Shown: piece by piece, positions 25,066 to 32,000 of the stretch
Numbering within the stretch: position 1 is the stretch's first letter
Layout: each line of letters opens with the position of its first letter
Source of the DNA: Pyrobaculum aerophilum str. IM2
GTDB lineage: Archaea; Thermoproteota; Thermoprotei; Thermoproteales; Thermoproteaceae
Length of the DNA stretch: 32,000 nucleotides
Direction of reading: 5' to 3'
Assembly (NCBI RefSeq): GCF_000007225.1
Contig: NC_003364.1
Span: 1,320,001-1,352,000, forward strand
Notes under the pieces: model-generated
Told to the model about the DNA's origin: nothing
Seen by the model: only the letters and a program-made list of their open reading frames with translations
The model's database searches: none
Translations under genes and position numbers: made by a program

Positions 25066-25782
25066 ATGGAGTTTTTCGAGGTTGTGAATAGAAGGCGATC
25101 GGTTAGGAGGTTTAAGAGAGTGAAAATCCCAGAGGACGATGTGAAGAAAATCATGGAGGCGGGGAGGCTAGCGCCGACAGATGCCACTCTTCACCTCTGG
25201 AGCGCAGTGTGGATAAGAGATGATGTTAAAAAGTCGGAGATCGCCAAGTTGATTGGCCAACCGCATGTGGAAGAGGGATCCGACTTCTTTATCTTCTTAG
25301 CGGATTTATACAGGCTGAGGGAGTTGTTGAAATACAGAGGCCGTGAAATTGTTGCGAATAAATTAGCGCTTTTCGTGTTTGCGGCTGTGGACGCCGCGCT
25401 AGCGGCTGAGAATATGGCCCTGGCGGCGACCGCTTTGGGATACGGCAGTTGTTTTATAGGCGCTGTGCAAAACGCCGTATACGATCTTGTAAGTCTTTTG
25501 AAACTCCCCGATTTAACCTATCCCCTATTTGGACTAGTAATTGGCGTGCCTGATGAGGATCCCCCGCGCCGCCCGAGGCTTCCGGCCGATATGTTATTTC
25601 ATCGCGAGGAGTACAGGGCGTATCGGGAGGATGAGTTAAAAGCGGCGTATGAAATTATGGGCAGAGTCACCAGGTCGGGGGATTGGCTGAGAATACTAGA
25701 ACGCTACGCCGCTAGAGACGGATATTTTGATAAACGCAGTGATTTAATGATATCTGTAATGAAAAGGCTGGGATTTATGTAA
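25066..25782 (+). CDS. Nitroreductase-family FMN oxidoreductase
   Basis: 238 aa. It has the N-terminal RRSVRRF motif, ...AGRLAPT..., and the LAAENMALAATALGYGSCFIG segment typical of the family. Confidence 0.85.
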   Translation: MEFFEVVNRRRSVRRFKRVKIPEDDVKKIMEAGRLAPTDATLHLWSAVWIRDDVKKSEIAKLIGQPHVEEGSDFFIFLADLYRLRELLKYRGREIVANKLALFVFAAVDAALAAENMALAATALGYGSCFIGAVQNAVYDLVSLLKLPDLTYPLFGLVIGVPDEDPPRRPRLPADMLFHREEYRAYREDELKAAYEIMGRVTRSGDWLRILERYAARDGYFDKRSDLMISVMKRLGFM

Positions 25783-25812
25783 ATATTTATATCTGGGCTG
25801 AGTCTTGATCTC

Positions 25813-27476
<1,664 letters not shown>

Positions 27477-27489
27477 TGAATAGAGAGTT

Positions 27490-28080
27490 GTGGAATTTCC
27501 AAAAGTCCTAGTGATAAGGCACTTTTCCGAAGTCCTCGGCATGAAGTACTTGGGGGAGAGCGGCGACGTCTTGTGGTTTGAAGACGGGCTTAATAAAGTG
27601 GCGGTTGGCGTATACTTCTCAGAGCTTTACGAAGAGGCAGAGCTCTACAAACGCCTAGCCGCTCTTGTAAATTTAAACGCCGCCAAGATCTATTTAGCAA
27701 TTTTACAAGAGGCCTCGGCGTTTATAGATCCAAGGTTTTTGAAAAACCAAGGCATAGGCCTAGTTGTGGTAGATCCCACAAAGGGCGCTCAGGGCGTGGA
27801 TGTGAGAATCTACGCAAAAGCCCGTCAACAACCTGTGCCGGCTGTTAACACTGAAAAACTTATTGAGGCCATTAAAGCCGCTGTGTTGGAGCAAGTAAAT
27901 AATCAAATAAAGGCACTTGAAAGTTCAATTTTTGAAAAATTAAAGAGATATATAGATCAACGTCTAGAGGAGTACAAAGGCGCGATGTCTGGCAAACCGC
28001 CACCGCTGCCGCCACCGCCCGGCGGGTCTTCAGTTGTGGAAAACGAATGGGTCAGATACTTAAGGAGCAGGGGGAAATAG
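27490..28080 (+). CDS. rkd-2: Arcadin-2 (crenactin-binding regulator)
   Basis: 196 aa, directly downstream of crenactin. It has a globular N-terminal part, a helical segment, then a GKPPPLPPPPGG linker and a short amphipathic tail, SSVVENEWVRYLRSRGK. This is consistent with the reported C-terminal crenactin-binding peptide of arcadin-2. Confidence 0.75.
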   Translation: MEFPKVLVIRHFSEVLGMKYLGESGDVLWFEDGLNKVAVGVYFSELYEEAELYKRLAALVNLNAAKIYLAILQEASAFIDPRFLKNQGIGLVVVDPTKGAQGVDVRIYAKARQQPVPAVNTEKLIEAIKAAVLEQVNNQIKALESSIFEKLKRYIDQRLEEYKGAMSGKPPPLPPPPGGSSVVENEWVRYLRSRGK

Positions 28081-28087
28081 GGAAGAT

Positions 28088-28099
28088 AGTATATATTTT
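28088..28099 (+). promoter_or_regulatory. TATA-like box upstream of the small arcade ORF and arcadin-4
   Basis: AGTATATATTTT is centred about 23 nt upstream of the GTG at 28117. A second box, TTTATAAA (28104-28111), follows. Confidence 0.4.
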
Positions 28100-28116
28100 C
28101 AGATTTATAAACAGGC

Positions 28117-28287
28117 GTGGATATAATCATTGAGGAAGTCAGAAGGGCGTTTGGAAATACCGACGAGGGAAAAGTGGCAGAACGCCTTATTCTTGCATAT
28201 AAGGAAGGCGGCGCCCGCGCCGCTAGGGCTGTAATTAGAGAATACCTTCAGAGACTGGGAGTAGATGTGGCGGATAGAGAGGATTGA
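28117..28287 (+). CDS. rkd-3: Small 56-aa ORF between arcadin-2 and arcadin-4, a candidate arcadin-3; not in the supplied ORF track
   Basis: My translation gives VDIIIEEVRRAFGNTDEGKVAERLILAYKEGGARAARAVIREYLQRLGVDVADRED*, which is predicted all-helical. The 3' end overlaps the arcadin-4 ATG by 23 nt in another frame. The start codon is uncertain; an in-frame GTG at 28174 is an alternative. Confidence 0.45.
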   Translation: MDIIIEEVRRAFGNTDEGKVAERLILAYKEGGARAARAVIREYLQRLGVDVADRED

Positions 28288-30649
28288 AGTCGAGAACTTC
28301 AGGTCGTACAGAGGGAGGCATATAGTAGCTTTAGGAGACGTGAATATTCTCCACGGGAGAATAGGGGCTGGGAAGACCTCGTTATTATACGCAGTGGAGT
28401 ACGCGCTTTATGGGAGACAGCTTGAAGTTAAGGAGCGGGTGGCAAAACTTCAAGACTTGATAAACACGGAGTCGCAGGAAATGGGCGTTGTGTTGACGTT
28501 GCGAAATGGGGACAGAGTTCTGCGCATTGAAAGGCGCCTTGGGCGCCGCAGTAGCGAAAAAGTCGTTGTTAATATAGACGGCGTTGAGCTCAGAGGCAAA
28601 GATGCCGAGGAAAAACTAGCGGAGCTTTTGGGGGCTGACGAGGACGTTTACGAGAGGCTTGTCTATATATCTCACCGGACGCTAGAGGGCTTTATATATG
28701 GCACTTCGCAGAAAAGATCGCTGACTGTTGACCGCCTGTTTGGAATTGACGTAATTGACGGAGTAGTGAGGACTATTAGCGGCGTGGAGAAAGAGCTAAT
28801 GGAAAAGGCCGAGGAATTGAGGAAGAGGCTGGCGGCGTATGAAAAACATAAAGACATAATTAGGCGCTACGGCGGTTTCGGCCAGCTGAAAGCGAGACTT
28901 GACTCTCTGGCCGGGGAGATTAACGCGTTAAAAGAGAGGGAAGAGCGTTTGGCTAAAGCCGCTGAGGAGTTGGCGAAGAAGAGGGCTAATTATCTGTCTA
29001 AATTACAGGAACAAGAGCCCCTCCTTTTAGAGTACTACAGAGTGAGGTCAGAGCTACAATTACTCGAGGAAGCCGGCGAGGGGAGCGGGGTGGACTTGTC
29101 TATTGTGGAGAGACTGAGAGACGCGCTGTTAGAGGCAGTGGAGGAATTTGAGCATTTCTTCGGGCAGGAACTCGCCGAGAGGCTTAGGAAAGCCGGGGAC
29201 CTAGAGACGCTGTCTGTGGCTATGGCTGAGGCATATGACGCGCTTGTAAAACTTCAAAAAGAGCTGGAGGAGCAGGTCCACGAGACGAAGAGACTGTATG
29301 AACACTATGAAACAAGGGCGAGGAAAATTGAAGTTGAGATAGGCGACGCCGAGGCTAAGTTGAAGAGACTTGAAAAGACTTATCGACGCTTTAAGGATTT
29401 ACAAAAGGCGTATCAATCTCTTGAAAACGCCAAGTTAACGCTTTCTCAACTTAAGAGAAAGTTGGAAGAGGCTGAGAGGTCGGCGGCATTTATATCGGCT
29501 CTAAAGACTGTGGCGTCTTATGCGGCAGAGGTGGGCATGGATAAATGCCCCATATGCGGCGCGCCGCTGAGGGGGGAGGAGCTCCGGCGCCTACAGGAGG
29601 AAATAGAGACAAGAGGCGGCTCTCTAATAAGAGAACTGGAGGAAATGAGGGAGAGGGTGAGAGAGGTAGAGAAGGCAGTGGAGGAGATGGAGGCGTTGAG
29701 CGGAGAGGTGGCGGAGTATCTCGCAGTGAAGACGCGTGTGGAGGAGTTAAAAATAGAGAGGGAGGAGGTCGTGAAAAAGGCAGTGCAAGCTGAAAAGTCG
29801 TTGAGACAGCTTGAGAAGAAACTGGAAAGACTGCGTACGCTGTTGGCCAAAGTAGATAAAAGGACTATCTCCGAGGCGTTGTCTAAATATGGAAGGGCGC
29901 TAAGAGTGCGAGAATTACGCAGGCGTTTAAAAGAGCTAGAGGAAGAGCTTAAAAAAGCGGGCGTTGTAACCGATGCGTTAAATGTAGACTTAAACTGGAG
30001 AGAAGTAGTAGAAGAACTGGAAAGGACCTCTTCACGCCTCGCCGAGGCGTATAAGGAGAAGTCGCTAATTGATGAGGTGATAAGAGAAGTGGGCGAGGAT
30101 TCCGAAGTCTTGAGGAAAAAGTTGGACAACGCGTTATATGCGTACAGTAAATTACAAGAGATCAAGGCAAAACTTGAATTAGTTAGAATAAGCGCCAGGG
30201 CCAGGCTTTTAGAAGTTGCTAAAAGCCGATTTAATGAGATCTTCACCTCCCTGTATAAATACGGCGATATTGTAAGAGTAGATGCAGATTTAGAACAACG
30301 CAAAGGCTTTTATGACTTCTACGCCATAACTTCTACTGGCGACAAATACGGCATATCGAAACTAAGCGACGGCCAGAGGCTCTCCATCGCCTTGGCCTTG
30401 GCTCTAGCGCTGAGAGACATCGTCGAGATGAACATAGGCTTTATAATCTTCGACGAGCCAATTCCCTACGTAGACGCTAATATAAGAAAGGCCTTCGCTG
30501 AGATTGTGAAATCAATTGCCGATAAGCTCCAATTGATAATAGCCACTCAATCTAGAGAGTTCGCGGAGCTAATTAAAACTGCTGTGCCAAACGCCCTGCT
30601 GTTGGTAGTAGATAAAAAAGAGCATTCCAGTATCGTTGCCGAGCGTTAA
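28265..30649 (+). CDS. rkd-4: Arcadin-4, a Rad50/SMC-like ABC ATPase with a long coiled coil
   Basis: 794 aa. The N-terminal head is MWRIERIEVENFRSY...HGRIGAGKTSLL (Walker A). About 550 aa of E/K/L/R-rich coiled coil follow, with CPICG near the centre (Cys428/Cys431, nt 29546-29557). The C-terminal head has the signature LSDGQRLSIALAL and Walker B FIIFDEP. Confidence 0.85.
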   Translation: MWRIERIEVENFRSYRGRHIVALGDVNILHGRIGAGKTSLLYAVEYALYGRQLEVKERVAKLQDLINTESQEMGVVLTLRNGDRVLRIERRLGRRSSEKVVVNIDGVELRGKDAEEKLAELLGADEDVYERLVYISHRTLEGFIYGTSQKRSLTVDRLFGIDVIDGVVRTISGVEKELMEKAEELRKRLAAYEKHKDIIRRYGGFGQLKARLDSLAGEINALKEREERLAKAAEELAKKRANYLSKLQEQEPLLLEYYRVRSELQLLEEAGEGSGVDLSIVERLRDALLEAVEEFEHFFGQELAERLRKAGDLETLSVAMAEAYDALVKLQKELEEQVHETKRLYEHYETRARKIEVEIGDAEAKLKRLEKTYRRFKDLQKAYQSLENAKLTLSQLKRKLEEAERSAAFISALKTVASYAAEVGMDKCPICGAPLRGEELRRLQEEIETRGGSLIRELEEMRERVREVEKAVEEMEALSGEVAEYLAVKTRVEELKIEREEVVKKAVQAEKSLRQLEKKLERLRTLLAKVDKRTISEALSKYGRALRVRELRRRLKELEEELKKAGVVTDALNVDLNWREVVEELERTSSRLAEAYKEKSLIDEVIREVGEDSEVLRKKLDNALYAYSKLQEIKAKLELVRISARARLLEVAKSRFNEIFTSLYKYGDIVRVDADLEQRKGFYDFYAITSTGDKYGISKLSDGQRLSIALALALALRDIVEMNIGFIIFDEPIPYVDANIRKAFAEIVKSIADKLQLIIATQSREFAELIKTAVPNALLLVVDKKEHSSIVAER

Positions 30650-30650
30650 T

Positions 30651-30706
30651 TCAGCGCTCCAAACCCTCCTCATAAATCAGTGGCCCCACTTATTAGTCAT
30701 CATCAG
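30651..30706 (-). ncRNA. Candidate C/D-box sRNA in the gap between convergent genes
   Basis: On the minus strand, C box AUGAUGA lies at 30703-30697, followed by a 16-nt spacer and D' CUGA at 30680-30677. After UUU comes C' AUGAGGA at 30673-30667, then a 12-nt guide GGGUUUGGAGCG and D CUGA at 30654-30651. It starts 16 nt after the TrmB-like stop on the same strand, and it ends 1 nt after the arcadin-4 stop on the opposite strand. The 16-nt C-D' spacing is atypical. Confidence 0.5.
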
Positions 30707-30719
30707 AGTTTAAGCAGGC

Positions 30720-31439
30720 CTATTTAGCCTTTTGCCACACGTTGTAAAAATATGTTATCGCTATTTCGAGTATAAATCTCTCGTTGGAGTAAACGCCGGA
30801 GATCTCACCGCCGTATTTTACAAATATCAATACTGAGTTGCCAATTGCCCCGCCTCCAAACATCTCATTTACCGTTTTAATTTCCACACGTGGCGGCAAG
30901 TCGAACTTATTCCTAAGCTGATCAGTCGTTAAGACTTTTATCACAATTCGTTTAGACTCCTCGGCTATTGTCGCAAGTAGGCGATACGTAATTAGCTCTG
31001 GAAATGGCACTGCCAAATACGCCTCGTTGTCAGTAGCGGCGATTATGTCGCTTATTAAATCCGCCACTCGACCTGCCCCCCGAATTAGAGTGAGGAACGT
31101 AGGCGAAGCAACTGGATGCTTGCTTTCATATATTAACTGGAGGCTGTCGAAGATTGGCTTTAGAGATCTCAAGGCATTTGAAACCTTGTTAACCAACAAT
31201 TTATAGACCTCGGCGGGGGGAACGGCTCTGTACTTTAAAGGCCTACTGCCGCCTTGCGGAATCACTAAGCCCATGTCTCTTAGCCTTTCAATATAAGCAT
31301 ATACTTTTGTATAGGGGATGTTTAACGCCTCAGCTAAGTCTCTTGCAGTGGATTCCCCCCTCTCCACTAGCGCTAAGTAAATATCGACTTCTCGAGCGCC
31401 AATTCCAAAGGCCTCAAGCAGTCTCCTGAGCTCTTCCAC
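30720..31439 (-). CDS. TrmB-family transcriptional regulator
   Basis: 239 aa. The N-terminal wHTH is LEAFGIGAREVDIYLALVERGESTARDLAEALNIPYTKVYAYIERLRDMGLV, followed by a TrmB-like C-terminal domain. Confidence 0.8.
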   Translation of the reverse strand: MEELRRLLEAFGIGAREVDIYLALVERGESTARDLAEALNIPYTKVYAYIERLRDMGLVIPQGGSRPLKYRAVPPAEVYKLLVNKVSNALRSLKPIFDSLQLIYESKHPVASPTFLTLIRGAGRVADLISDIIAATDNEAYLAVPFPELITYRLLATIAEESKRIVIKVLTTDQLRNKFDLPPRVEIKTVNEMFGGGAIGNSVLIFVKYGGEISGVYSNERFILEIAITYFYNVWQKAK

Positions 31440-31519
31440 ACGTCTGCCTTAAGCGCAATTTTTAACTTTTTTCTCAGAATTTAGTTAAAAAGTTTAAAAA
31501 TTGATGTGACAACGGGTGC

Positions 31520-32000
31520 ATGAGCAAGCAAGTGGTAGAGCAAGTTATTGCCCGTGAGGAAAAGCCGCACTTGCTCGTCGATATATCGAGATTTAATTTG
31601 CCGGAGAGATATAAGTCAACGTTGTTAAATGAAAAGTGGCAGTCCACCCTTAAGAGGCAATTCGCCTTGCCCCAACACACGAGAGTGGTGAAAGCCACTC
31701 TATCCCTGTGTCCAGTGTGTAACGCGAGAATACCTGCTGTGGTGTACGAAGAGGGAGGGGCTATTTGGCTGAAAAAGAGGTGTCCAGAGCATGGGGTGTT
31801 TGAAGATCTCTATTGGGGAGACGCCGAGATGTATTACTTCTTCCTCCAGTGGGATAGGCCTGAGTACATCGCAAAGGGCCTTGCCAACCCGTATACAGAC
31901 TTGGAGTTTTACAAAGACATGGGCTCGTGTCCCGAGGGCTGCGGCCTATGCCCGGTTCACAAATCTAACACTGTGCTGGCCATTATAGATGTGACTAATA
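31520..32000 (+). CDS. Radical SAM protein with an N-terminal zinc ribbon (COG1964-like), 3'-truncated by the window end; not in the supplied ORF track
   Basis: My translation from the ATG at 31520 gives MSKQVVEQVIAREEKPHLLV...LSLCPVCNARIPAVVYEEGGAIWLKKRCPEHGVFEDLYWGD...GSCPEGCGLCPVHKSNTVLAIIDVTN.... The frame stays open to nt 32000. The CPxC...CPEHG ribbon and CP.GCGLC..H pattern precede where the CxxxCxxC motif would lie. A TATA-like GTTTAAAAATT lies about 25 nt upstream. Confidence 0.75.
   Translation, partial: MSKQVVEQVIAREEKPHLLVDISRFNLPERYKSTLLNEKWQSTLKRQFALPQHTRVVKATLSLCPVCNARIPAVVYEEGGAIWLKKRCPEHGVFEDLYWGDAEMYYFFLQWDRPEYIAKGLANPYTDLEFYKDMGSCPEGCGLCPVHKSNTVLAIIDVTN

Noticed and set aside
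29518-30303. 261-aa minus-strand ORF and 82-aa G/R-rich plus-strand ORF (29545-29793) inside arcadin-4
   Set aside because: The serine/leucine-rich low-complexity product is the mirror image of the E/K/L/R-rich coiled-coil codons of arcadin-4. It is an artefact of repetitive GAG/AAG/CTT composition.
31474-31698. 74-aa minus-strand ORF
   Set aside because: It is fully antisense to the much better supported radical SAM ORF that starts at 31520 and runs off the window. It has no promoter box and an implausible sequence.

Overview
The window reads as a densely coded chromosomal segment from a hyperthermophilic crenarchaeon of the Thermoproteales, probably Pyrobaculum and P. aerophilum-like. This is inferred from a 256-aa AGOG-type glycosylase, a crenactin gene and a paREP2-like repeat protein. 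I could not run any search. About 40 protein genes lie on both strands. Many adjacent genes overlap by 1-50 nt, and most start codons sit about 22-27 nt downstream of an A/T-rich TATA-like box, as expected for leaderless transcripts. No rRNA, tRNA, CRISPR array or transposase was seen.

Housekeeping content:
- Aconitase-X-type (phosphomevalonate dehydratase) subunits
- Primase large subunit PriL overlapping the AGOG 8-oxoG glycosylase gene
- A MoxR AAA+/VWA pair
- A Clp1-like polynucleotide kinase next to a metallophosphoesterase and a small ParA/MinD-like ATPase
- GNAT acetyltransferase, class I/II aminotransferase, Nudix hydrolase and two radical SAM proteins
- NMN adenylyltransferase, agmatinase, CDF transporter and GlyRS
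- tRNA-splicing endonuclease, Hsp20, nitroreductase and a TrmB-like regulator

Two loci stand out:
1. 8554-12663 is a translationally coupled three-gene operon. It encodes a 952-aa N-terminal P-loop NTPase with a long helical/coiled-coil body, a 171-aa unknown protein, and a minimal 248-aa NurA-like nuclease. No HerA is present and the 5' half is strikingly AT-rich. I consider this the best candidate for an uncharacterised ATPase-nuclease (DNA-processing or defence) system.
2. 25813-30649 is the actin-based 'arcade' cluster: arcadin-1, crenactin, arcadin-2, a small overlapping ORF absent from the ORF track, and the Rad50/SMC-like arcadin-4 with a central CxxC.

Features found by reading gaps the ORF track leaves empty:
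- rpoP (52 aa)
- A 46-aa ribbon-helix-helix ORF
- Three candidate C/D-box sRNAs, two of which exactly fill gaps between convergent genes
- Several promoter-associated hairpins
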